From the NCBI GenBank assembly GCA_963675515.1, contig OY776328.1, positions 390,001 through 422,000 on the forward strand: a stretch of DNA of 32,000 bases, read 5' to 3'. Under the pieces are notes generated by a model that saw only the letters and a list, made by a program, of their open reading frames with translations, did no database searches and was not told the DNA's origin. The position numbers and the translations under genes were made by a program. Origin of the DNA: Coprobacillaceae bacterium. Lineage in GTDB: Bacteria; Bacillota_I; Bacilli_A; Erysipelotrichales; Coprobacillaceae. Below are positions 16,448-25,487 of this stretch, one piece after another (within the stretch, counting starts at the first letter, position 1; every line of letters starts with the position of its first letter).

Positions 16448-16602
16448 TGGTTGAATAGGTTCTAGGTGTGTAATTATTATTGGTTTACAGGTGGTAAAAT
16501 ATATAATAATTAGGACTCTTTTGAGTAAATTGTGCTTACTTATTGTCCAAGTTATGGTATACTAGTGTTACATACAAGTATTTTTGTAAAGGAGGTAGAA
16601 TC

Positions 16603-17796
16603 ATGGCACTTTTTAAATATGTGGCTAAGGATTTGAGTTCCAAGAGAGTTACAGGGAAAATGGAAGCGGCGGACCAAAATGAGCTGATACGGGTGTTGAA
16701 AACCCAAAATCTTTTTCTGGTTTCCAGCTCAGCTGAAAAGCGCAAGGATAATAGTGAATATCGCTTTAAGTTGTTGGAGTTGTCGGACTTTTCCCGGGAA
16801 ATTGGGACGATGTTGGCATCGGGGGTTACTTTGATTCGGACGATCAGCATCATGGAACAAAGAACCCAGAATAAGAAAATCAAGAGAATTTATCAGGATA
16901 TGTACCAGAAGTTGCAGCAAGGTTTGCCTTTGTCAAGGGCGATGGCTGCTCAAGGTGTGGCTTTTCCTAGGTTGCTTATCGAGATGATTCGAGCCAGCGA
17001 GACGAGCGGCTCGATGGACAAGACTGCCATCTTGATGGCGGACCAGTACAAGAAAGACCATCAGCTGACCCAGAAGACGAAGTCGGCGATGACTTATCCG
17101 GTCATCCTGATGGTGGTAACGGTAGCGGTATTGATTATCGTTTTCGCCTTTGTAATGCCAAGGTTCCTGGATTTGTTCCAGGATATGGAATTGCCGTTGA
17201 TCACCCGGATCAATTTTGCCATCAGTGGTTTCCTGATCAATTATTGGTATATCTTGATTTTGGTGGTTGGTTTATCAATTGCGAGTCTACTGGTGTTGCT
17301 GCAAAACCCTAAGGTCATGCTTGAGGTAGATAAGTGGAAGTTCAAGATACCGGTATTCGGGGGGCTGTTCTCAATCATTTATACTGCCCGGTTTGCAAGG
17401 ACGCTGGCGTCATTGTACACGGCGGGGATTTCTATTGTCGAGTGTCTGGAAATCGCCCGGACGACAACGGGGAACACATACCTTGAATCCCAGTTCGTTG
17501 ATGCGATTCGCGGGGTTCGTTCTGGGGAAGCCTTGTCGGTTGCTCTGTCGCATATCGACGGCTTCGATTACAAACTGGTATCAAGTGTCTATATCGGTGA
17601 GGAATCAGGGAAGTTGGACCAGATGCTCCAAAGCTTGGCCGACAACTTTGAATATGATGCCACCCAGGCAAGTGAACGGTTGGTTACCTTAATCGAACCG
17701 ATCATGATCATCTTCCTGGCAGTTGTAGTCTGTATGATCATTGTATCGGTAATGTTGCCGATTTACGGTGTTTACAATAATATTTCTAACATGTAG
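16603..17796 (+). CDS. pilC: type IV pilus platform protein PilC (GspF family)
   Basis: Two GspF repeats (LASGVTLIRTISIM..., LYTAGISIVECLEIA...) and 3 TM segments. AAGGAGG RBS before ATG 16603. The ORF is open from 16543. Confidence 0.92.
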   Translation: MALFKYVAKDLSSKRVTGKMEAADQNELIRVLKTQNLFLVSSSAEKRKDNSEYRFKLLELSDFSREIGTMLASGVTLIRTISIMEQRTQNKKIKRIYQDMYQKLQQGLPLSRAMAAQGVAFPRLLIEMIRASETSGSMDKTAILMADQYKKDHQLTQKTKSAMTYPVILMVVTVAVLIIVFAFVMPRFLDLFQDMELPLITRINFAISGFLINYWYILILVVGLSIASLLVLLQNPKVMLEVDKWKFKIPVFGGLFSIIYTARFARTLASLYTAGISIVECLEIARTTTGNTYLESQFVDAIRGVRSGEALSVALSHIDGFDYKLVSSVYIGEESGKLDQMLQSLADNFEYDATQASERLVTLIEPIMIIFLAVVVCMIIVSVMLPIYGVYNNISNM

Positions 17797-17807
17797 GAGA
17801 GATAAGA

Positions 17808-18704
17808 ATGGAAACTGCTATCTATTTGACTGCCACGGGAATTGAGGTTCTCAGTGGTGAATATAAAAACAATGTTCTCCAAGTAAGTGATTATAACATC
17901 TATGAATTGCCCTCTGGATCGATGATCAACGGGGTTATCATAAACAAGGAAGTGATCAAGCCGGTTCTAGAAGAAGTCGCCAAAACGGTAAGCAAGGCCA
18001 AGCTTGTCATTTCGACCAGCCAGCTGGTGCGCAAGATCTTGAACACCCCCAAACTGGAACATCAGGAAATGGTTGACCTGATCAAGTACGAGTTGAAACA
18101 GCCGGGATCTGAAGAGTCGGCGGATGAGATGGTCTATGACTATGCAATCATCGATGAAAAGCCTGAAGGCAAGGAAGGAATCGAAGTGCTGGCGGTTGCC
18201 ATTCCCAAGGAATTCATTGCCAAGTATGTCGACCTGTTTGGTGAAGCCAATATCGAACTGACTGGAATTGATGCGAACTACAATGCATTGCACAAGCTTT
18301 TTGGAAGTGTTTCTGAACTCAAGGACAAGGTTTTCATCCTTGCCAACCTTCGGGGCAGTGACATTGCAGTGTCGTTGTATAAAGGGAACAATGAAATATT
18401 CGTGCAGAATTCAAGAATCTTCTCCGAAGTCCATACGCCCAACTACATAAATGAGATCAACTCGATCATCATGAAGATGATCAACTTCAATGTGGCAAAC
18501 TACCGGGACTATGAAGTCAGCGACATCTATTTCTGCAATGTCGACAACCTGCAGCAGGAAATCTTGTTCAACGTGGTCAAGTCAACGACTGATGCCAATG
18601 TCGAAAAGTTCATCAAACCTGCCATGTTGAATTACACAGGTTCCAAAGAATATTTTCCGGTTGACAAGTTCCTTTACTGTTTGGGAACGCTGATAAGGAG
18701 ATAG
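17808..18704 (+). CDS. pilM: PilM-like actin-fold pilus assembly protein
   Basis: Collinear pattern with PilM (NGVIINKEVIKPVLEEV..., IKYELKQ..., IEVLAVAIPKEFIAKYVDLFGEANIELTGIDANYNAL). Position between pilC and pilN. Confidence 0.72.
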   Translation: METAIYLTATGIEVLSGEYKNNVLQVSDYNIYELPSGSMINGVIINKEVIKPVLEEVAKTVSKAKLVISTSQLVRKILNTPKLEHQEMVDLIKYELKQPGSEESADEMVYDYAIIDEKPEGKEGIEVLAVAIPKEFIAKYVDLFGEANIELTGIDANYNALHKLFGSVSELKDKVFILANLRGSDIAVSLYKGNNEIFVQNSRIFSEVHTPNYINEINSIIMKMINFNVANYRDYEVSDIYFCNVDNLQQEILFNVVKSTTDANVEKFIKPAMLNYTGSKEYFPVDKFLYCLGTLIRR

Positions 18705-18708
18705 GACT

Positions 18709-19287
18709 ATGGCTAAGAATATTAAACGCGACATCGACCTGCTCGAAGCGTACTCCCATAAAACGACTTTCTATGAAAAGTATCAAAAACTTGTAATTGC
18801 CGGAATCGGAGTCGGGGCTTTGTTTGTCATCGCCCTTGGTGTGTTCGGGTTCCTGTTTATTTCCAATTTCATGACCCGCGGCGATATCAAGGATTTGAAA
18901 GCCGAAGTACAACAGCTGGAAACGGACCTGAACACTTATTCTACCAATGAATATGTCATGTCTTTGAATGAGGCACAAGCCCAACTGGCTTACCTGCAGA
19001 CGGTTGACGATGAAATTTATGGAAATGACCAGCTTAAAAAGGACATCCTGACAACCATTGACGGGGTGACCAATGGTTCGACCATCAATTCGCTGACTTA
19101 CGTACAACAAGGCGGAACAATCAATATCTCATTGACTTGCTCAAATTACAAGACTCCGCCGACAATCATTACCGCTTTGAAGAATACAGGCAAATTCACT
19201 TCAGTCTCTTATTCAGGATGGAGTGATAGCGGAACTGCGGTATCCGTTTCGATATCTCTTGTAGTTGCCCAAGATGGAGGTGAGTGA
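18709..19287 (+). CDS. pilN: PilN-like bitopic pilus assembly protein
   Basis: Short cytoplasmic N-terminus (DIDLLE, cf. the INLLP PilM-binding motif), one TM helix, coiled-coil, then a ferredoxin-like C-terminal part. Operon position supports the call. Confidence 0.6.
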   Translation: MAKNIKRDIDLLEAYSHKTTFYEKYQKLVIAGIGVGALFVIALGVFGFLFISNFMTRGDIKDLKAEVQQLETDLNTYSTNEYVMSLNEAQAQLAYLQTVDDEIYGNDQLKKDILTTIDGVTNGSTINSLTYVQQGGTINISLTCSNYKTPPTIITALKNTGKFTSVSYSGWSDSGTAVSVSISLVVAQDGGE

Positions 19288-19288
19288 T

Positions 19289-19903
19289 ATGTACACCAAA
19301 TTTACTAATCGTGAAAAACTGTTGCTGGCGATTACCGGCGTGCTGATTGTGGCTGTTGTATACTGGTATTTCATGCTTTCGCCTCAGCTTGCTGCAAGAA
19401 GGGACCTGGCCAACCAGAAACTGACTCTCCAAACACAGGTCGAGGTGCTTGAAGCAACAGTCGTCACTGAAGACGAAGCCAAGGTCATGATCGAGGATGT
19501 CAATGCCCAGCTGCAAGTCTACCTGGACAAATATCAGGCTGTATTGCTTACCGAGGACATCGATAAAATGCTGACAAGCTCGGTCGACCAATATCAACTA
19601 AGACCGACAAGCATTTCCATTTCTGCGCCTGAGGAAGTTGTCGCTACAACAACCCAAACGGATACTACTCAGACTGAAGGCTCAACTGATTCGCAACCTG
19701 AAACCCAGACAAACACTTCAGCTGTCTATCAGGTTACGATTTCCCATTCATTGACAGGAGCTAGGGCCAACCTGGAAAATTATGTCGACTACGTGCGCAA
19801 TCTTGCCGGTGTGCAGATCTCGACAATGACGATGACAACCGCCAAAGAAGGCGGTGCCCAAAGCATTTCAATCACATATGTTTTGAGCATGGTCGAAGCC
19901 TAA
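19289..19903 (+). CDS. pilO: PilO-like bitopic pilus assembly protein
   Basis: N-terminal TM helix (LLLAITGVLIVAVVYWYFML), coiled-coil, and a Thr/Gln-rich linker. GGAGGTG RBS. The ATG lies 1 nt after the pilN stop. Confidence 0.55.
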   Translation: MYTKFTNREKLLLAITGVLIVAVVYWYFMLSPQLAARRDLANQKLTLQTQVEVLEATVVTEDEAKVMIEDVNAQLQVYLDKYQAVLLTEDIDKMLTSSVDQYQLRPTSISISAPEEVVATTTQTDTTQTEGSTDSQPETQTNTSAVYQVTISHSLTGARANLENYVDYVRNLAGVQISTMTMTTAKEGGAQSISITYVLSMVEA

Positions 19904-19918
19904 GAGAAGGTGAAACTG

Positions 19919-20092
19919 ATGAGGCATAACATTGAGGGGATTTCCCGGGTGGAAATTGCGGCTTTCATTGGTTTTGGAATGATTTTTACCGTCCTGTTGA
20001 TCACATTGATGGTGGCTTTGGTTTGTTTTTTCCAATGCCAGCCACCTGACGATGTCAACTCCCAGATTATTGACTGGGCCAACAGGAATTAG
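19919..20092 (+). CDS. small single-pass membrane protein in the pil operon (57 aa)
   Basis: GAAGGTG RBS 6 nt before ATG 19919. Central TM helix IAAFIGFGMIFTVLLITLMVALVCFF. No family recognised. Confidence 0.4.
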   Translation: MRHNIEGISRVEIAAFIGFGMIFTVLLITLMVALVCFFQCQPPDDVNSQIIDWANRN

Positions 20093-20175
20093 AATATTTG
20101 GAATATACCGGTCAATCCATTCATAAGGGGCTTGGGTTGGTGGGTGTGGAATTTTTAGGAAAGGAGGCAGAATTG

Positions 20176-21843
20176 ATGAAGAATCTTCCCATAGGGGAAT
20201 TTTTGAAAGATGCCGGCTATATCACCGATGACCAGATCGAAAAAGCTCTCGATGCCCAGAAAAGCGACCGGACCAAAAGGTTAGGTGAACATCTGATCAA
20301 CCTGGGCTTTGTCTCGGAAAAGCAGATGCTAAGCGCTTTGTCGAAAAAGCTTGGCGATACGATGGTCGAGCTTGAGCGGATCAAGGTTGATATCAACGCT
20401 GTTAAAAAGATTCCCAAGGCTATGGCGGAAAAATATGTGATGATCGCCATCCGGCAGGAAAACAACGTCCTGACCGTGGTGACCAACGATCCATTGAACT
20501 ACTATGGCATCGAGGATGTCCGGCTTGTTACCGGAATGAATATCAATATCGAGATAGCGACCAAAAAGGAAATCGAAAAGGCGATAAACAACTACTATCA
20601 GGAAGTTGTTGCCTTCAACATTGCCGATGACATCCAGTCGACGACTCCCGATGTCTCGCCTTTGGAGCTCAGTGCCCTGGTCGATGACGACACTCCGGTA
20701 GTCAAACTGTTGAACTCGCTGTTGAACCGGGGTTACAACAATGGCGTGTCCGATATCCATATCGAACCGACCAAGGAGAACCTGAGGATCAGGATGCGGA
20801 TCGACGGATTGCTTATCGATTATATCAACCTGAACATCAACATTTTGAATTCATTGGTTGTCCGGGTTAAAATTCTCGCCAACTTGAATATCGCGGAGAA
20901 GCGGGTTCCCCAGGATGGCCATTTCATCATTGAGATCGATGGTAATGACATCAATATGCGGGTCTCGACCATTCCGACTGTCCATGGCGAAAAAATAGTA
21001 ATGCGTTATCTTAACAACAACGCGCCAATCACTCATGCCGATTCTTTCGGGATGAATGAATTCAACTTCGACAAGATGAAGTCGATATTGAAAATGCCTC
21101 ACGGCATCATCTTTGTCACCGGGCCGACCGGCTCGGGTAAGACAACGACATTGTATATGGTGTTGGAATCACTGGCTAAAAACCAGGTGAACATTTCCAC
21201 GGTCGAAGACCCTGTCGAGCGGACGCTCGAACGGATCAACCAGACCCAGGTCAACCCGGCCGCCGGGCTTACCTTCTCGGTCGGACTGCGTTCATTGCTC
21301 CGTCAGGATCCGGACATCATCATGATCGGAGAGATCCGGGACGGTGAAACCGCGGCGATCGCTGTGCGGGCCGCCATCACCGGCCATCTTGTATTGGCGA
21401 CACTCCATACCAATGATGCGATATCATCAATCACCCGGATCGAGGACATGGGTGTGGAACCTTACATGATTTCCAACTCATTGGTAGGGGTCGTAGCCCA
21501 GCGGCTGATCCGCAAGATCTGCCCCCATTGCAAGGAGCCGGTTCCGGTTACCGATCTGGAAAAAGAGGAACTGGGAATCGACGTCGACACCATTTACCGT
21601 GGTGCTGGTTGCCAACAGTGCAACAACACCGGCTACAAGGGCCGGATAGCCATCCATGAGATCATCAGGATTGACAAGACGGTAAAACGGATGATTGTCG
21701 ACAAGGAATCGGTTGCCAACATGTCCCAATACCTCGCTGAAAACCAGAGTCTCGCGACCCTTGAACAGCAGGCGCGGCAGTTGTTGGAGGATGGCGTGAC
21801 CTCAATCGAAGAGATGCGAAAAATTATGCTTTATTCAGACTAG
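20176..21843 (+). CDS. pilB: type IV pilus extension ATPase PilB (GspE family)
   Basis: N-terminal MshEN/T2SSE_N repeats, Walker A GPTGSGKTTT, Asp box, Walker B IIMIGEIRD, and tetracysteine CPHC...CQQC. AAGGAGG RBS before ATG 20176. Confidence 0.93.
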   Translation: MKNLPIGEFLKDAGYITDDQIEKALDAQKSDRTKRLGEHLINLGFVSEKQMLSALSKKLGDTMVELERIKVDINAVKKIPKAMAEKYVMIAIRQENNVLTVVTNDPLNYYGIEDVRLVTGMNINIEIATKKEIEKAINNYYQEVVAFNIADDIQSTTPDVSPLELSALVDDDTPVVKLLNSLLNRGYNNGVSDIHIEPTKENLRIRMRIDGLLIDYINLNINILNSLVVRVKILANLNIAEKRVPQDGHFIIEIDGNDINMRVSTIPTVHGEKIVMRYLNNNAPITHADSFGMNEFNFDKMKSILKMPHGIIFVTGPTGSGKTTTLYMVLESLAKNQVNISTVEDPVERTLERINQTQVNPAAGLTFSVGLRSLLRQDPDIIMIGEIRDGETAAIAVRAAITGHLVLATLHTNDAISSITRIEDMGVEPYMISNSLVGVVAQRLIRKICPHCKEPVPVTDLEKEELGIDVDTIYRGAGCQQCNNTGYKGRIAIHEIIRIDKTVKRMIVDKESVANMSQYLAENQSLATLEQQARQLLEDGVTSIEEMRKIMLYSD

Positions 21844-21853
21844 GAGAGAGTGT

Positions 21854-22906
21854 ATGAAATTAGATGATATTTTACAGCAGGCCCGCTTAAAGGGTTGCTC
21901 TGATGTACATATTTCAACAGGCAGCGGGATCATGTACCGTCTCAACGGCCAGCTCAGCGATATGCCTTGTGACTTGAGCTCAATGGAGCTTGAGAATCTG
22001 GTAATCAATTCGGCCAACGAAAGGTGCAAGAACCTGCTCAACGTCAAAAGCGACGCTGATTATGTGTATATCGATGACCTTAACAACCGTTACCGGGTCA
22101 ATGCCTACTATGCCCAGGACATGCTCAATGCGGCATTCCGGATCATCAATGACGATATCAAGACCCTGGCGGAATTGAGTCTGCCACCGCTGCTCAACCG
22201 TCTTGCCATGGCGCCTCGTGGGCTGGTCCTGGTGACCGGGCCGACCGGTTCGGGGAAATCGACAACCCTGGCGGCGATGATCGACTATATCAATGAAAAC
22301 CGCAGCTGTCATATTCTTACTATCGAAGACCCGATCGAGTACCTTTATCAAAAGAAAAAAGCGATGGTCCACCAGCGGGAAATCCACGATGATGTCAGTG
22401 GCTTCGATGAAGCGCTCAAATCGGCAATGCGTGAGGATCCGGATGTCATTCTGGTAGGGGAAATGCGTGACTTCGAAACAATCGCTGCCGCCATCACCCT
22501 GGCGGAAACCGGCCATCTTGTCCTTTCGACCATCCATACTTCGGGAGCGGCCAGAACGATCGACCGGATTATCGACGTATTCCCGCCTCATCGCCAGAAC
22601 CAGATCCGTTCGCAACTGGCGGGGATCCTCAATGCCGTAGTAACCCAGACCCTGGTGCCGACAATCGACAACCACAGCCGGGTTCCGGCTCTGGAAATCC
22701 TTATCGCCACCGGAGCGGTCAAGACCATGATCCGCGACAACAAGATCCACCAGATTCTCAATGTCATGGCTACCGGAAGCGATTTTGGGATGATCACGCT
22801 TGATAATGCTTTGGCCAACCTGGTCAAGGAAGGAAGGGTTTCGCAGGCGGCAGCTCAGGAACAGGCGATCAACGTCCGCGATTTCACCACATTCCTGAAT
22901 GGCTGA
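21854..22906 (+). CDS. pilT: type IV pilus retraction ATPase PilT
   Basis: 350 aa with no N-terminal extension domain. GPTGSGKSTT, ILTIEDPIEY, REDPDVILVGEMRD, GHLVLSTIHT. Confidence 0.92.
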   Translation: MKLDDILQQARLKGCSDVHISTGSGIMYRLNGQLSDMPCDLSSMELENLVINSANERCKNLLNVKSDADYVYIDDLNNRYRVNAYYAQDMLNAAFRIINDDIKTLAELSLPPLLNRLAMAPRGLVLVTGPTGSGKSTTLAAMIDYINENRSCHILTIEDPIEYLYQKKKAMVHQREIHDDVSGFDEALKSAMREDPDVILVGEMRDFETIAAAITLAETGHLVLSTIHTSGAARTIDRIIDVFPPHRQNQIRSQLAGILNAVVTQTLVPTIDNHSRVPALEILIATGAVKTMIRDNKIHQILNVMATGSDFGMITLDNALANLVKEGRVSQAAAQEQAINVRDFTTFLNG

Positions 22907-23669
22907 TTTGAATATAATGGCCGTTGCCTACCTGTATTTCTTCGTGGTAGGCATCTGTCTTGGTTCTTTTTGCAATGTCCTGATCTACCGTATCCCTTTG
23001 AAGCAAAGCATTGCCAAGGGCCGGAGCTACTGTGGGAGCTGCAACACCCAGATCAAGGCCTATGATCTTATCCCGATTGTTTCATATGTGCTTTTAAAAG
23101 GGCGTTGTCGCTACTGCGACGAAAAAATAGGGATAATCCATCCCATCATCGAACTGATGGGCGGTCTGTTTGCGGTTTTTAGCTTCTGGTTTTTCGGATT
23201 CGATCCTTTGGGGCTGATCGTCTATGCCATCATGATGGTGCTGTTGGTTATTGCCATAATCGACTGGCGCCATATGATAATTCCCGATTCGCTGAATGTC
23301 ACCATGTTCATCCTTTTTGTAGCCTATCTGTTTTTCAACTTTCAAAGCTGGTCAAGCATGTTCCTTGGGGCGCTCGTGGTGCCGGGAATAATGATCATAA
23401 CCAATATTCTCGTTGCTTCATCGTTTGGCGGGGGCGATGTCAAACTGATGATTGCCAGCGGTGTGGGACTCGGTCTGGCCAACAGCCTTCTTGCGGCTTT
23501 TCTCGGGGTGATTGTTGCCGGGGGGTATGCCTTCTATCTGATCCTGACCAAAAAGGTCAACCGCAAGGCACATATCGCGTTTGGTCCTTATCTTTGCCTT
23601 GGGATAACTGTGGCTTTGTTTTATGGGCCTAGAATCATCCAATCATATTTGGACTTATTCAACATTTAA
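22899..23669 (+). CDS. pilD: prepilin peptidase / N-methyltransferase (A24 family)
   Basis: Cys-rich N-terminus (CGSC...CRYC) and catalytic Asp motifs IDWRHMIIPD and GGGDVKLM. 8-nt overlap with pilT. Confidence 0.92.
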   Translation: MADLNIMAVAYLYFFVVGICLGSFCNVLIYRIPLKQSIAKGRSYCGSCNTQIKAYDLIPIVSYVLLKGRCRYCDEKIGIIHPIIELMGGLFAVFSFWFFGFDPLGLIVYAIMMVLLVIAIIDWRHMIIPDSLNVTMFILFVAYLFFNFQSWSSMFLGALVVPGIMIITNILVASSFGGGDVKLMIASGVGLGLANSLLAAFLGVIVAGGYAFYLILTKKVNRKAHIAFGPYLCLGITVALFYGPRIIQSYLDLFNI

Positions 23670-23692
23670 TCGCCTGCAAAGGCGGTTTTTTC
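23669..23692 (+). terminator. putative terminator of the pil operon
   Basis: Short CGCC-TGCAAA-GGCG hairpin (extendable by A-T and a G-U pair) followed by TTTTTT. Confidence 0.45.
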
Positions 23693-23820
23693 GTTGGTTC
23701 CGCTTACATATTGTAAAATGTGGTAAAAAGTAAACAAGTAGATAAAAATCAAGAATAATGTTTGAAAATTGTTATGATTGAGTTATAATGGAGTTATATG
23801 ATGATGATAGAGGTAAGATT

Positions 23821-24540
23821 ATGGATATAAAGTATTATCGGGAATTCAGTCAGTGCCTCCAACGGGAAACTGAGCTAAAAGTGTACGGGGGCAAAGGGGC
23901 TCCGGTGCTTTATTTCGTCAATGACGAAGAGAATCAGATGGTCCACGACTGCCTTATGGATATGGCAGGGGCAAACAGGGTGCAGATATTTGAAATTGCG
24001 AATCCTTTGAGTGTGATCGATGAAAAAGGGAATTACGATCATGCCAGTTATCTGCTTGAACAATATTATTATTACATCGTCCATGAAGTCATACCTAATG
24101 TATTCCGCTTGAATACCCGTAGCAACAACGGGCAAAGACAACAAGGTGTCTACACCGTTGGCGAAGGTTGTGTCTCTGGAGCGGCGGTCAATTATTTTTT
24201 GAGGCGGCCCGACATTTTCCTGGGTACGCTTAGTCTCAATGGGATTTTCAATCTGTCATTTTATTTTGGGGATTTCGTCAACAAGAACATCTATGACAAT
24301 TGTCCGACCATCTATCTCTCTAAGATGGATGAGAACCATCCTTATATCAAGCGTTACAACGATCTTGACAAGATCTATATCCTAAACAGCCAGGAGCCTA
24401 GGACTGTCGACTCGGCCAAGGAACTTCAAAAAATCATGGACAACCACAATATCAAGGCCCATGTTTTGCTGGAAAAGCCGGAAGAAAAGCCGATAAATAT
24501 CGAATGTGTCCGTAGCTGTTTGGAAGATCTGTTGAGCTGA
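23821..24540 (+). CDS. putative esterase-family (alpha/beta-hydrolase-like) protein
   Basis: The pattern ...YYYIVHEVIPNVF...VYTVGEGCVSGAAVNYFLRRPDIFLGTLSLNG resembles the putative-esterase fold region, but the GxSxG elbow is not canonical. The -10 TATAAT (23784-23789) overlaps the first ORF ATG, so the start is taken at 23821 (RBS AGAGGT). Confidence 0.5.
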   Translation: MDIKYYREFSQCLQRETELKVYGGKGAPVLYFVNDEENQMVHDCLMDMAGANRVQIFEIANPLSVIDEKGNYDHASYLLEQYYYYIVHEVIPNVFRLNTRSNNGQRQQGVYTVGEGCVSGAAVNYFLRRPDIFLGTLSLNGIFNLSFYFGDFVNKNIYDNCPTIYLSKMDENHPYIKRYNDLDKIYILNSQEPRTVDSAKELQKIMDNHNIKAHVLLEKPEEKPINIECVRSCLEDLLS

Positions 24541-24618
24541 ATATTCACACTATCAAGGAATTCGAAGGGATTCCTTTTTCACTTGCCTGAATCCATATCA
24601 TTACACGTGACGACAAAA

Positions 24619-24668
24619 TAAAAACCGTAAAATCATGCATACCAAAGCATCGATTCTACGGTTTTTTG
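24619..24668. terminator. bidirectional intrinsic terminator between convergent genes
   Basis: AAAACCGTAAAATC...GATTCTACGGTTTT long imperfect hairpin with an inner ATGC/GCAT stem, flanked by an A-run and TTTTTT. Confidence 0.7.
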
Positions 24669-24680
24669 CTTTACCAAAGT

Positions 24681-25106
24681 TTATTCTTCTTCGCTATTGA
24701 AATTGAATTTATCAATTGTGGTAAAGACATCTTCTTCGTCGGATACGAAATACAGGCTGGTGTCTGATCCCAGTTCATGCCACCTGTTGTGCCGGTCGCC
24801 CAGTTTTATCAGTTCGCTGACGATTCGGTTTCCCTTTTTGATTGACTCGACATCCTTGGCAAAACCGTTGACTACCATATATAAGGATTTGTCTCCATGA
24901 TATTGGAGGGTTATCATATCCGGGTTTCCATGCTCCAGGTAATCCCTGATATCGATGTTTTCTTTAACGTTCAATTCCTGTGTTTCGTTGTCGATAGTCA
25001 TCATTTTTCCGTTATAAAAGATATTCGTATCATGAAAAACATCGTACTTTTTCAGCAGTTCGGCAATCTCCAATGCCATTACTTCATTTGTTTCGTAATT
25101 AGTCAT
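24681..25106 (-). CDS. hypothetical acidic protein (141 aa)
   Basis: RBS AAGGAG 7 nt before the ATG at 25106. No family recognised. Confidence 0.55.
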   Translation of the reverse strand: MTNYETNEVMALEIAELLKKYDVFHDTNIFYNGKMMTIDNETQELNVKENIDIRDYLEHGNPDMITLQYHGDKSLYMVVNGFAKDVESIKKGNRIVSELIKLGDRHNRWHELGSDTSLYFVSDEEDVFTTIDKFNFNSEEE

Positions 25107-25368
25107 AATATAGCTCCTTCTTATTTAGTGTCATGACAAGTGGTTCTAGTTATCTATTGCATCTGTTTCATTCGAAAAACTATCTTCGATATGAAGACCA
25201 GTAGTAAGGATAAACTTAAGTGGCCGGTACCTTAGTGGATCATGCCAGTGAACACATCAACCACAATATTGCCTGAAAGCGTGGAAACGAACGGTTTGTG
25301 TCAATGGCCCAAATGATCGGTTGTCAATACGGTAAAGATTTTGCGAGTGACTGTCAGATCACATATAA

Positions 25369-25398
25369 ATTCTAATCCATATTCATCAACTTTGTCAA
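25369..25398 (-). promoter_or_regulatory. bipartite repeat copy A; reads as TTGACA-N18-TAGAAT on the minus strand
   Basis: Plus strand: ATTCTAATC (25369-25377), 13 nt, TTTGTCAA (25391-25398). Confidence 0.45.
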
Positions 25399-25487
25399 AT
25401 CCAGCTAAGCAAACCTAATCCTTTAGCTTCCAGAACCGCTTTATTGCAAGCCATCAGGTTGTTACTTTAAGGCATTGCTTGAATAGG

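Noticed and set aside
21980-22750. Long antisense ORF (256 aa) inside pilT. Similar antisense ORFs occur at 11173..11787 (opposite spx), 11975..12517 (opposite the pseudouridine synthase), 14596..14910 and 14738..15052 (in the SEDS gene), and 20329..20760 (in pilB).
   Set aside because: All lie fully within strongly supported genes with clear motifs on the other strand. They lack RBS signals and have low-complexity Arg/Asp/His-rich translations typical of shadow ORFs.
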